IMG/VR virus record: IMGVR_UViG_3300032240_001498
Location: 1 to 64,000 of that record
Origin: a virus
Lineage: Duplodnaviria; Caudoviricetes
Length of the DNA stretch: 64,000 nucleotides
Direction: 5' to 3' (one strand)
Below, one piece after another: positions 8,058-16,851 of the stretch; positions within the stretch are counted from its first letter, which is position 1, and the number at the start of each line of letters is the position of its first letter. The notes under the pieces are model-generated. The model worked only from the letters and a program-made list of their open reading frames with translations. It was not told the DNA's origin and made no database searches. The translations under genes were made by a program, and so were the position numbers.

Positions 8058-8061
8058 AGTT

Positions 8062-8295
8062 ATGTACAACCTAAACAAGATGCGGGCACATATAGCCCAA
8101 CTGGAACAGCGCAAGGCCAAGATTCAATTCTATGAACAGCAGGTCAATGCGTCCCTACCTGTGGATACCAATCACATCAACAGTGACGGGCAACGCCGGC
8201 TCCGTGAGATCACAGCAAGCCTAAATCGTATACAGAATCAAATTGATCAGTATAATGAAAAATTGGTCAAGTTTACTCCTCCTGATACTCCATGA
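8062..8295 (+). CDS. small coiled-coil protein
   Basis: Heptad pattern; TAATTA-N5-ATG. Confidence 0.7.
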   Translation: MYNLNKMRAHIAQLEQRKAKIQFYEQQVNASLPVDTNHINSDGQRRLREITASLNRIQNQIDQYNEKLVKFTPPDTP

Positions 8296-8474
8296 CAGAA
8301 ACAAGATCGAGAACTCTGGCACGTACTCTGGCCTATAGGGTCACGGCCCTGGCTATTACTGCTCTATGGACTGGATTGAGTGATGCTGTACTAATACACG
8401 TTATACTTGCGGCCCTGCACTATGTGATGGAACGAGCATGGTTGCGGGTCTCTTGGGGTCGAGTTGATACGTGA
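8292..8474 (+). CDS. DUF2061-like small membrane protein
   Basis: ETRSRTLARTLAYR...HYVMERAW...WG pattern. Confidence 0.7.
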   Translation: MTETRSRTLARTLAYRVTALAITALWTGLSDAVLIHVILAALHYVMERAWLRVSWGRVDT

Positions 8475-8992
8475 CACAGAGCTGTTGTGTGACCTATTGG
8501 CCCGATCTTGATCGAGCTATAGCTCTCAAGCCTGACCTCATAGTCATAAACGAACCTGGGCAACATCTCAGTCTAGGCCGTGAGGATTTGATCTCGCCTG
8601 AAGAGGAGGCACGGGCTCAAGCCTGGGCGGCTCGTTGGGGGCATCAACGTTCAGCAGGCTGGCTCCTACAGCAGATTATAAAACTGCGCCTGCCCCTGTA
8701 TCTGGATCAAGATATCGAATATTGGGACAGCGATCAAGAGCCCGGAGCACAAGAAACCTGGGCTCCTAACGATTTCTTGGGCTACTATGAACCTTGGGGG
8801 TTGGATCTATGGAGCCGCTATGGACGAGGCAGTTTTAGGCACCCCTGCACACCTTTTACCATGCGCTGTGAAGTTCTAAGGGCTATTGAGCCCGATGTGC
8901 GTACACCTGAATTTTGGTCTTGGTTTACTGGAGTAGCGTGGCCCAGCGAGTTTCTACTCTATGGCTGTGTTGAACGTTATCTGCGTAGATAA
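8471..8992 (+). CDS. hypothetical protein
   Basis: GTGA overlap with upstream gene; 173 aa. Confidence 0.65.
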   Translation: MTQSCCVTYWPDLDRAIALKPDLIVINEPGQHLSLGREDLISPEEEARAQAWAARWGHQRSAGWLLQQIIKLRLPLYLDQDIEYWDSDQEPGAQETWAPNDFLGYYEPWGLDLWSRYGRGSFRHPCTPFTMRCEVLRAIEPDVRTPEFWSWFTGVAWPSEFLLYGCVERYLRR

Positions 8993-9058
8993 TACCTGTG
9001 ATTTTTCTGTTTTACCGCTCGCCGCTTCGCGGCTAGGATGCGTTCCGAAACTCGCCCA

Positions 9059-9883
9059 TCAGAAGTAGAAGCCGTTGGGTCTGCGCATATAGGTCTCACA
9101 GCCGTCAAGTGTGCAGTTGTCCTTGCGGTGATCACACCAGAATTGAACTCCCAGCCCTTGCGCAATGGCCATGCCCACTGATTGGTTGGCCACATAAAGG
9201 TCACTGCCCGCAATGACCTGTGCCAACTCCAATAGATCGCGAGTTGGATAGTAGGTGACCTTAACACCAAAGTCCCGTTCATAGTTGGCATGTTCTTCTG
9301 CTGTGCCTACGAACAGGCATTGATCTGCATTGGCCGCCATCTGTTGCCATACCTGATGTACTTCACCGTTGCCATAGCGATCTGTCTTGCTGATCACAAT
9401 GGGCTTGCCTTCAACACGGATAGGCTGGTTCGTGCCCAGAGTAAGCCAAGGCTGTGTGATCTCTGGTTCCCACTGATCTGGATCAAGTCCCACTGCTAGA
9501 CTGTAGAGTCGACCATAGTGTCCCTTGTCAATCTGATTGCCATAGAACCAACAGCAGATGTTGTCCAGAGGATGGGTAATTGCCTGTCCCTCATAGACTG
9601 CCCATTTGGTAATGTAGCTCTGTGCTTCGATCAAGGGTTTGAGTAGATCAAAGTCTTTCTTGGTCATACGACCACTGTGACTGCCACCGTTGGGCCAACC
9701 TATGACTGTTGAGCACAGGTGATCTAGATTTTCTAATCTAAGGTAAAATTCGCCCCCACCTAGCAAGCGGATAGGAATCATGGAATAAATGATGTCGCCA
9801 AACGTCCATGTTTGACTAAAGGTCAGTGGTTGCCCTGCTACAACGGGTGCTGGTGTGTATGGGCCGGGAGTGAATTTGTACAT
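9059..9883 (-). CDS. glycosyltransferase family 9 (heptosyltransferase)-like protein
   Basis: GDIIYSMIPI N-terminal motif; DLLELAQVIAGSDLYVANQSVGMAIAQGLG C-terminal motif. Confidence 0.75.
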   Translation of the reverse strand: MYKFTPGPYTPAPVVAGQPLTFSQTWTFGDIIYSMIPIRLLGGGEFYLRLENLDHLCSTVIGWPNGGSHSGRMTKKDFDLLKPLIEAQSYITKWAVYEGQAITHPLDNICCWFYGNQIDKGHYGRLYSLAVGLDPDQWEPEITQPWLTLGTNQPIRVEGKPIVISKTDRYGNGEVHQVWQQMAANADQCLFVGTAEEHANYERDFGVKVTYYPTRDLLELAQVIAGSDLYVANQSVGMAIAQGLGVQFWCDHRKDNCTLDGCETYMRRPNGFYF

Positions 9884-9952
9884 TAGAATCCTTTATATGC
9901 GTATATAATAGCATATTTAATGAGTCAATGCAAGGGTGTGTAGAATCGTGAG

Positions 9953-10381
9953 TTAGTTGTACCAGCGTTGCTGGATATCTAGTGTTACAGCAATTCTGCC
10001 GTTGCCGTTGACCAGTTCTGCTGACCAAGTGACGTCTTTACAGCCTAGACGGCTTTTGATACGTGTTAGAGTATAGCGCATGGTTATGGGCTGATCTAGA
10101 GTAATGTGTCCAGGCCACTTGAAGTTGCGAAACCCCAAGTTTACCACATTTTCGTTGTTGATTTTTACCACTCGAAAAAAGTAGTCTCGGAGCATGTTCA
10201 TTTCCGAAGTGCCGGGAACAATGGGGCGCCCCTGCTGATCTAGGGGTATATCACCCTCCCATTCGAAGTCCTGGCTTGTGGGCGTAAATGGCACAGTTTC
10301 AAAGGCAATGCCCAGATCACATTCTGCCACACTCACGCTCTGGGGAAGGGGCTGAAGTTTTGTATCGACGGTAAATAGCAT
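9953..10381 (-). CDS. MaoC-like hotdog-fold protein
   Basis: NLGFRNFKWPGHITLDQPITMRYTL...VTWSAELVNGNGRIAV resembles the MaoC C-terminal half. Confidence 0.55.
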   Translation of the reverse strand: MLFTVDTKLQPLPQSVSVAECDLGIAFETVPFTPTSQDFEWEGDIPLDQQGRPIVPGTSEMNMLRDYFFRVVKINNENVVNLGFRNFKWPGHITLDQPITMRYTLTRIKSRLGCKDVTWSAELVNGNGRIAVTLDIQQRWYN

Positions 10382-10428
10382 AGTAATATATTTAACCACA
10401 ATCGGATATATAAAAAGGAACTAACACT

Positions 10429-12141
10429 ATGCCAGTACGCAGTTATCAAGGTAAAGAAGGCCTTGCTTCCGGAGCAACATTTAAGCCCCATAGAGGTGAG
10501 ATATTTGTTGACCTCGATACTCTATCATTTAGAATCAGCGACGGTGTAACACCCGGCGGTATTGCTGTAGCCAGCCAAGGTGGCGGCAGTGGAGCCAGCA
10601 GTTTCCAACAGTTAACTGGACAGATCAGCGAAGTACAGATCCCCAGTGGATTAATTACCAATACCATGTTGCGCACCGACTCTGTGGCCACAGCCACATG
10701 GTTATTGAGTGCTAATGGGCTAGGTGGCTTCAGTTGGTCCAGCCCCACATCAGGTGGCGGTGGTGGTTCAGTATCCAATGTAGGACGCACCGGCGACTAC
10801 AACGACCTAACACATATTCCTCCGTTTAAAGTAGTTTCAACCAGCGGTAGCTTCTATGACCTTTTAGATTATCCTACAGTAGTCAGCGTATTCCGCAATG
10901 ACGTAGGATATCTAACTTCTGCTACACTTTCAGCGTTTGTTACCACAGCAACATTGAACACCGCAGTTACCAATGCAGTGGGCAATCTAGTTGGATCAAG
11001 CGGAACAACTTTTGCAGTTATCCAACAGTTGAGTTCGCTACTCAGCACCAGTACTTCAACACTATCATTGATCACTGGACAGATTGCCAATAAGCTGGAC
11101 ATTAGTACAGCCACAACATATACCACACAACAAAAGGCCATTGGTCGCAATAATCTAGGGTTGGCCACAGTGGCCGCCAGTGGTAGCTACAATGACCTAG
11201 CAGACAAGCCTGCTACATTTACCATTGCTCCTGCAACCACATCAACTATTGGTGGCGTTGTTGTTGGCTCAGGACTTAGTGTTGATAACACTGGTAGACT
11301 AGGACTGGCTACAAGTACAACAATCATTGCAATATCTAGTCCTGTAACATTGAAAGGGCAGGTAGGACAATTAGCAGGTACGCTACAAGCTGATCAGAAT
11401 TACATGTATATTTCTCGTAGTTCATTTTCACCAACCCCGTTTGTAACAGCCAATGCCAGCTCAACCAGTACCAACGTTATTCCAGCATTTTCAAGTGTAT
11501 TGGCCAATCAGATCAATCAATTGCAGGGCAGTTATCAATCAGGTGCGTGGAACATCTGGAATCAATCTTATTCACAGTTATATAGTGTCACCAGTGTCAA
11601 CGCAATTGGCGGCACAGCATATTTTACCCTTGACAATACACTGACTTACGGATCAGGCGATACATTCTACATTCAACAAACTGATACCATTGGCCGCATT
11701 GGCATAATGGACAGCTACGGTGTAAGTCAGCAGGGCGTTACAGGAGCACCTGTAATATCTGTTCCGGGTACTATAGACATGCCACTTGGTCAGGCTTATG
11801 GTACGACCTCAACCATGATGACTGTTGACTGTACGGGAATTACCTACGGAGAAATGACTGTTAGCTTCACCGATCCTAACAATACAGAATACTACAAGGG
11901 CACACTTGAAGTGTTTGTCTATCCAGACAATACCTACATTATTCACCCAAACATCACTGGTAACAAAACTGATAGGATTACGCTAGGATTTAGCTCAGGT
12001 AATTCTGCGCCATATTCCAACGCCGGTGTTATCAAGATTCCAGTTTATAACGGTAATAAAAACATCAGCAATGACACCACCGCATCACGTGCAGGTGTAA
12101 CCAACATAAAATATTCTTGGTTAGTCAGAACCAATATCTAA
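10429..12141 (+). CDS. tail fibre/virion appendage protein
   Basis: Mtd-N-like start (GEIFVDLDTLSFRISDGVTPGG); GDYNDL/GSYNDL fibre repeats; S/T/G-rich. Confidence 0.75.
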   Translation: MPVRSYQGKEGLASGATFKPHRGEIFVDLDTLSFRISDGVTPGGIAVASQGGGSGASSFQQLTGQISEVQIPSGLITNTMLRTDSVATATWLLSANGLGGFSWSSPTSGGGGGSVSNVGRTGDYNDLTHIPPFKVVSTSGSFYDLLDYPTVVSVFRNDVGYLTSATLSAFVTTATLNTAVTNAVGNLVGSSGTTFAVIQQLSSLLSTSTSTLSLITGQIANKLDISTATTYTTQQKAIGRNNLGLATVAASGSYNDLADKPATFTIAPATTSTIGGVVVGSGLSVDNTGRLGLATSTTIIAISSPVTLKGQVGQLAGTLQADQNYMYISRSSFSPTPFVTANASSTSTNVIPAFSSVLANQINQLQGSYQSGAWNIWNQSYSQLYSVTSVNAIGGTAYFTLDNTLTYGSGDTFYIQQTDTIGRIGIMDSYGVSQQGVTGAPVISVPGTIDMPLGQAYGTTSTMMTVDCTGITYGEMTVSFTDPNNTEYYKGTLEVFVYPDNTYIIHPNITGNKTDRITLGFSSGNSAPYSNAGVIKIPVYNGNKNISNDTTASRAGVTNIKYSWLVRTNI

Positions 12142-12153
12142 GGAGATATATTA

Positions 12154-12450
12154 ATGACAACAGCTATAACAACTTGCGTACTTTGGGCCCGTCCGTTGGC
12201 GCAATGTAACATGAGCAAACATCTAAACAAACGTCTAACAGAAGCAGGCATTACTGTGGATCTTAGAGTTGTTGACAATTTCAAATGGAAGTGGGATGAC
12301 TTCAAAGCGGCCGTTCCGGATTGGAGCATACTGCCCTGTATCATAAGAGGTGATGGCCATCGTATCTCAAATAATGCGGCCTTGATCGAGTGGATTGGTC
12401 AAGATCCTGAGCATGCCAAAGAAAAAGCAACCCCATTGATTCCAAAATAA
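12154..12450 (+). CDS. glutaredoxin/thioredoxin-fold-like protein
   Basis: ILPCIIRGDGHRI resembles the TVPQIFIDG motif; no canonical CxxC. Confidence 0.4.
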   Translation: MTTAITTCVLWARPLAQCNMSKHLNKRLTEAGITVDLRVVDNFKWKWDDFKAAVPDWSILPCIIRGDGHRISNNAALIEWIGQDPEHAKEKATPLIPK

Positions 12451-12451
12451 T

Positions 12452-12808
12452 ATGAGCCAAAGACAATTTGTATACGACTGGGATTTCAGCAAGTTTGAAA
12501 CCACTGCCCGAGTAGGTGCCCACACTGATGTGATTACTCGCATCTATTGGACTCTAACAGGCAGCGATAATCAAGGAAACTCTGCGCCCTTGTATGACAG
12601 TACAGAAATACCTGTTGAGTGGATTTTAGAACAAACAGACCCCTTTGTTCCGTATGGTCAAATGAGCAAGGAACAATGTCAAGAACTAATAGAAACAGTA
12701 CTAGGCGAAGATGAAATTACTCGTCTAACAGACAATTTAAAAATACAGCTAGAACAGCTGGAAGCCACGCAGGTTACTGCGCAGATTCCCCCCTGGTTAA
12801 AAACCTAA
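12452..12808 (+). CDS. putative fibre-associated chaperone-like protein
   Basis: YDW....E......DVITRIYWTLTGSD...FVPYGQMSKEQ pattern typical of fibre-adjacent genes. Confidence 0.5.
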   Translation: MSQRQFVYDWDFSKFETTARVGAHTDVITRIYWTLTGSDNQGNSAPLYDSTEIPVEWILEQTDPFVPYGQMSKEQCQELIETVLGEDEITRLTDNLKIQLEQLEATQVTAQIPPWLKT

Positions 12809-13558
12809 GGTTTTTTTGTTAATCGTAGGATCAAACTTTTCAATAATTGGCGCCATGATTTTGTCCTGAACCTGCAGGTTTTGTGTTTTATGTAAATTTG
12901 CAGAGACAGCTTCGTGTAGTACTGCTAATTCAAGTTCCTTACGTCCCAGATCTAATCCCCATTTGCCTTTTAACTTAGAATTAAAAAATTCTAAGTGTGC
13001 TTTAATATCGGCATGGCCGTCGACTCCGTTGCCATTAAAATCATTCTTGCTTGGTTTATGTGGAAATATATCTATTCTAGGTAATTGAGGTTTGTACAAC
13101 TTGTGTATGTTGAGATCTCGATCTGCGGGATATCCAAAATCTGGATCATCGGGGAATGGATAAAACGTAAATTGATAGTCTATATTGTATGCTTTGTTAG
13201 CCATCAAGATTGCAGTTGAATTTTTAATTAGATCATTATTCCAACTCCAATATTTTTTAACAAACGATTTGTCATAGTATTTGCTAAAGAAAACTGATCC
13301 GCCGGCAGTCCATTCATTATTAAGATATCTATCTTCCCTAGTCCATGTTGACCATTGTACTATGATCTTATCTCGTTCGGTAAACTTATTAGCAAGGTCA
13401 CATTCCATGATACGGTGCATGATCCCTACATTTCCAATGCCTCTATATCCCCAGTTATAAACCGGCTTATCAGTTGCATATCGAATCATGTCAGCCCATG
13501 AGGGCCACTTGTAGTGTGTCCAAGAACACCCAAAGCAAAATATTCTATCATAGTCCAT
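12797..13558 (-). CDS. SGNH/GDSL hydrolase-like protein
   Basis: FCFGCSWT (block I), NWGYRGIGN, late GH motif; start at ATG 13558 after TAAATA. Confidence 0.6.
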   Translation of the reverse strand: MDYDRIFCFGCSWTHYKWPSWADMIRYATDKPVYNWGYRGIGNVGIMHRIMECDLANKFTERDKIIVQWSTWTREDRYLNNEWTAGGSVFFSKYYDKSFVKKYWSWNNDLIKNSTAILMANKAYNIDYQFTFYPFPDDPDFGYPADRDLNIHKLYKPQLPRIDIFPHKPSKNDFNGNGVDGHADIKAHLEFFNSKLKGKWGLDLGRKELELAVLHEAVSANLHKTQNLQVQDKIMAPIIEKFDPTINKKTLGF

Positions 13559-13577
13559 GAGATATTTACTGATTAAC

Positions 13578-13610
13578 AAAAAAGCCCAAAGCGGTTTAGG
13601 CTTGGGCTTT
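13578..13610 (-). terminator. intrinsic terminator
   Basis: Minus strand AAAGCCCAAG-CCTAAACCGC-TTTGGGCTTT-TTT. Confidence 0.75.
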
Positions 13611-13778
13611 GTCGTATGCTCTCATAGCTAACTGTCTAGCTAACCATAATCTAAATTTTACATAGTCTGATAATTCAACATCTTCGTGTACTAACTTACC
13701 AAACTTTTCAGCTTGTCGATTACGGCCAAATGTGACCTCATCGTCTATTATGAGATCATCATTGTCGCCTAAATTTAG
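13596..13778 (-). CDS. 60-codon protein-like ORF lacking a start codon (possible recoded extension)
   Basis: LNLGDNDDLIIDDEVTFGRNRQAEKFGKLVHEDVELSDYVKFRLWLARQLAMRAYDKAQA*, in the +1 frame after the stop of 13780-13974. Confidence 0.5.
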   Translation of the reverse strand, partial: LNLGDNDDLIIDDEVTFGRNRQAEKFGKLVHEDVELSDYVKFRLWLARQLAMRAYDKAQA

Positions 13779-13779
13779 T

Positions 13780-13974
13780 TTACTTTGCGGCTGGAGCGGC
13801 TGGTTTTGCGTCCGCCTTTTTATGCTCTTTTTTGTCGCTTTTGGTAGGCGTAACTTCTGCCTTCTTCTCTACTTTAGCTGGAGCTGATGCTGGTGTTGCA
13901 GGAGCTTTGGCTGGTTCTGCGGCGAATACTGATACTGCTGACAATGCTACTAAGGTTGCGATAATTTTGTTCAT
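13780..13974 (-). CDS. secreted low-complexity A/P/K-rich protein
   Basis: Signal peptide MNKIIATLVALSAVSVFA|A. Confidence 0.8.
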   Translation of the reverse strand: MNKIIATLVALSAVSVFAAEPAKAPATPASAPAKVEKKAEVTPTKSDKKEHKKADAKPAAPAAK

Positions 13975-13984
13975 GATATTTCCT

Positions 13985-14299
13985 TTAAGGTTGATTTTGA
14001 ACTAACACCAGTCTGTAGCAATTACAGTTAGCATCAAGAATGTTTTCATAATGATAACCGTACGGAACAGGTTGTGGTTGGGTGTTAGGATACACTACTG
14101 TTGGTTGTTGTACGATCACGGGCTGTGGCCTTGTGATCGCATAACCCACTACGCCTCCTATCACAAGCGGCGCAACCCAACCGTATGGATTGTAGTAACC
14201 ATGATGTGGACCATAATGATTCCAATGATTCGGATTTGCTTGGCTTGTCCCACTTATCAAGAGCAAACTCGCAAGCGTTAAGGTGTGTAGTAGTTTCAT
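13985..14299 (-). CDS. secreted Pro/Tyr/His-rich protein
   Basis: Signal peptide ...GTSQA|N; GWVAPLVIGGVVGYAITRPQPV motif; SD GGAGG. Confidence 0.8.
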   Translation of the reverse strand: MKLLHTLTLASLLLISGTSQANPNHWNHYGPHHGYYNPYGWVAPLVIGGVVGYAITRPQPVIVQQPTVVYPNTQPQPVPYGYHYENILDANCNCYRLVLVQNQP

Positions 14300-14344
14300 A
14301 CATAATGCCTCCTAGCATATATATACAACGCCTATGGACTGGAG

Positions 14345-15034
14345 TTAGTTGACAGGATTTGAACTATTTTCTAGGGCGTCAGTTGCATCGAGTAGATCGG
14401 CAATGTGTCCAGAATTTCTAAGAGCTTTGAACGCTAGGTTACCAGTTCCGAACTCGCCATCACGTGCGAGACTTTTTCTTCGGAACAGGCTTAACATGGT
14501 TTTGATTTTTTGTAGTATAGGAAGTTCATTGACAGCAATGGCTTTTTTAATCACAACTTCCCACTGATATGCCAGAGTTTTTACACCTTCAAAATCATAA
14601 CTTTTTAGTGGCGGTGCAGGCTTCTTCAACCACTCGTTTGTCAGCAAACTGAAGGTAGAGGTCACTGCTGGTTCGTTGGAATTTTCTGCATACAGCTCTA
14701 CAGGTATGCCCGCAAGTTTGAGGGGATACATGCGTTTCCACTCCTTTCTTTTGGCATCAAACAGCTTTTTTACATCACCTTCATATTCGACCTTATTGTA
14801 GTCGATTACTATATGTAGATCAATATCAGACCATTGTGTATACACGTAGTTGGCTTGAGACCCCGTGATTAAAACGTCTTCGATCGGCGCCGAAACCGAC
14901 AAAAAATCGTAGAATTCCTTGGCGATTTTAAGCAGTTTGACCTGGATTTGACGTCTAATTTCTTCACCTTCCCATAGAGCAGGGTTTAGCTCATCATGCA
15001 GTTCGATCGGTGGATTGTATTCAAAGATGTACAT
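14345..15034 (-). CDS. Pol-beta superfamily nucleotidyltransferase
   Basis: ITGSQANY....SDIDLH (GS..DxD) plus third acidic residue in PVELY. Confidence 0.85.
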   Translation of the reverse strand: MYIFEYNPPIELHDELNPALWEGEEIRRQIQVKLLKIAKEFYDFLSVSAPIEDVLITGSQANYVYTQWSDIDLHIVIDYNKVEYEGDVKKLFDAKRKEWKRMYPLKLAGIPVELYAENSNEPAVTSTFSLLTNEWLKKPAPPLKSYDFEGVKTLAYQWEVVIKKAIAVNELPILQKIKTMLSLFRRKSLARDGEFGTGNLAFKALRNSGHIADLLDATDALENSSNPVN

Positions 15035-15041
15035 ATGATTA

Positions 15042-15058
15042 TATTTATGGATTAAATA
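15042..15058. promoter_or_regulatory. back-to-back late-type promoters
   Basis: TATTTA 15042-15047 (minus-strand TAAATA) and TAAATA 15053-15058. Confidence 0.65.
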
Positions 15059-15063
15059 TGACT

Positions 15064-15624
15064 ATGACCAGTTTTGAATCACTCGCCGGGAAAATCCTTG
15101 TAGCCCAACCAAAAAATCAAAGTTCTCACTTCGCAAAAAGTGTGATTTTACTTGCCCAACATGGCATCAACGGAGCATGGGGTGTTATGGTCAACAAAGA
15201 AGCATCTAGCGTTGATATTAAAACTGTAATGTCGGCCGCTGGTATTAATTACCCCGGTCATGCATCGGTTTATATAGGCGGTCCTGTAGAACCTACAAGA
15301 GTACATATTGTTCACACAATGGATTGGTCTAGTAACAGTACACTACAAATTGCACCTAACTTAGGTATCACTGGAGACTACAGTATCCTGTCTGCAATAG
15401 CAGGCAATGACGGTCCTTTATTATGGAGAGCAGGTATAGGATTAGCGGCTTGGAGTGCAGGACAGTTAGATGGAGAGCAAAGTGGCATAGCACCATGGAT
15501 GCCCGATCATAGATGGCTAACAGCCGATGCTACTGAAGATATATGCCTAAGCGGTACTGGTGACGAACAATGGCAACGAGCAATTAGTCACTGCGTGAAT
15601 CAAAAAATTTCAACTCTTTTTTAA
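15064..15624 (+). CDS. YqgE/AlgH (DUF179) family protein
   Basis: LAGKILVAQP...FAKSVILL...GAWGVMVNK, YIGGPVE, G.AAWSAGQLDGE motifs. Confidence 0.85.
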   Translation: MTSFESLAGKILVAQPKNQSSHFAKSVILLAQHGINGAWGVMVNKEASSVDIKTVMSAAGINYPGHASVYIGGPVEPTRVHIVHTMDWSSNSTLQIAPNLGITGDYSILSAIAGNDGPLLWRAGIGLAAWSAGQLDGEQSGIAPWMPDHRWLTADATEDICLSGTGDEQWQRAISHCVNQKISTLF

Positions 15625-16279
15625 CAACACCTGATTGAGTGTTGTCAACTGCATCTCGAATCCATTCAAATACCAGATGATTTTTTAGGTCGCCGTCAAG
15701 GTGATTGCATCGAGGATCTCGATCCATTATGCTGGGATCACACCCAATTAAACTCAAGTCAATTAACGCAGGTTGAATCTCAACTCCGCTGTTAAATCTA
15801 TAGCTACCTACATCCATACACCATAGATGAATAATTTTTTTATTCAAATTTAATAAAGTGTGTCTGTCAAAATATTCAATTGCTGACAGGTATTCTAGCT
15901 GTTCTTTTTCCCAATCTTGCAGGTGCAGATAGTACCCTCTGGCGGCATCGTATATAGGTTTCTTGAAAGGATTGTAGCTGTACCATTTGGGTTCAAGCAC
16001 ATGTCCTACACTTAATTTTCTAACTTGTCTGTGAAATAATCTGCCGGGTCTGGACCAAAAGAAAACACAAATATCTGGAACTGAATTAGATTGAAGCAAC
16101 GGATTAAATTGATTTATGATTAGATCCCAAATGCCACTGCCGCCGACTCCCGTGTTTACGGTTTTAATGTTGTAGTGTCTTTCTAGTTTGATCATATAAC
16201 TGTCATAGCCCTTAAGAAGACTGTGACCGTTTATACGTTCAGCGCAAAAACTATCCCCAAAAAATCCTATGGTCTTCAT
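15584..16279 (-). CDS. SGNH hydrolase-like protein
   Basis: IGFFGDSF, NTGVGGSG, NH motifs. Confidence 0.6.
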   Translation of the reverse strand: MKTIGFFGDSFCAERINGHSLLKGYDSYMIKLERHYNIKTVNTGVGGSGIWDLIINQFNPLLQSNSVPDICVFFWSRPGRLFHRQVRKLSVGHVLEPKWYSYNPFKKPIYDAARGYYLHLQDWEKEQLEYLSAIEYFDRHTLLNLNKKIIHLWCMDVGSYRFNSGVEIQPALIDLSLIGCDPSIMDRDPRCNHLDGDLKNHLVFEWIRDAVDNTQSGVVKKELKFFDSRSD

Positions 16280-16851
16280 GGTAACGGGCTGATTTCATTC
16301 AGTAGGGTTGTTTCAATATTTCCACATGTGTAGTTAAAAGAAATAATTGTCTTGCGAATGTTTGACGATAGCCTAGGAGCTCTATGAATTACATGACTAG
16401 GGAATACTATAATATCTCCTTCAACTAGATCAGGAACTATCTTTATTTTTTGTGTTGTAGGATCCATCAATTCAGTGATAGGACTGCTGGGATCCATTTC
16501 TAAATAATAAACACCTACCCATGTTGAACCGTGAATATGCCAATTGTGTATGTCATTTTCTACATACTGTTGGAACCATAGATTTTCTATGTTAACATCT
16601 TTGTAACCTACTTGGTGCATCATTTGCACCAGTCGATGTTGTAGGATAGGAGCAAACAGTCTGACCCATGGACGGTCTACATTTTTACTGTCGCCCCAAT
16701 CAAGTTTATCAACACGATCGACATCATCACTGCCTGTGCGAGGATGTTCTGAAGGCCACCTATCAAGCAGAGACAGCAATCGATCTTTGATCATACTGTG
16801 CTGTTCTATCTTATCTACTAGATAGAACGAATTCATTTGATAAACTTGCAT
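16276..16851 (-). CDS. 2OG-Fe(II) oxygenase (TIGR02466-like)
   Basis: WFQQY...HNWHIH...GVYYL...EGDIIVFPSHVIH...RKTIISFN. Confidence 0.8.
   Translation of the reverse strand: MQVYQMNSFYLVDKIEQHSMIKDRLLSLLDRWPSEHPRTGSDDVDRVDKLDWGDSKNVDRPWVRLFAPILQHRLVQMMHQVGYKDVNIENLWFQQYVENDIHNWHIHGSTWVGVYYLEMDPSSPITELMDPTTQKIKIVPDLVEGDIIVFPSHVIHRAPRLSSNIRKTIISFNYTCGNIETTLLNEISPLP

Noticed and set aside
8977-9291. 104-aa minus-strand ORF overlapping GT9 and the upstream gene
   Set aside because: Alternative frame of the GT9-like gene spanning a hairpin; no independent start signal
13815-13840. A-rich runs as a classical -1 frameshift site
   Set aside because: A -1 shift meets a stop well before the downstream ORF; that ORF is in the +1 frame
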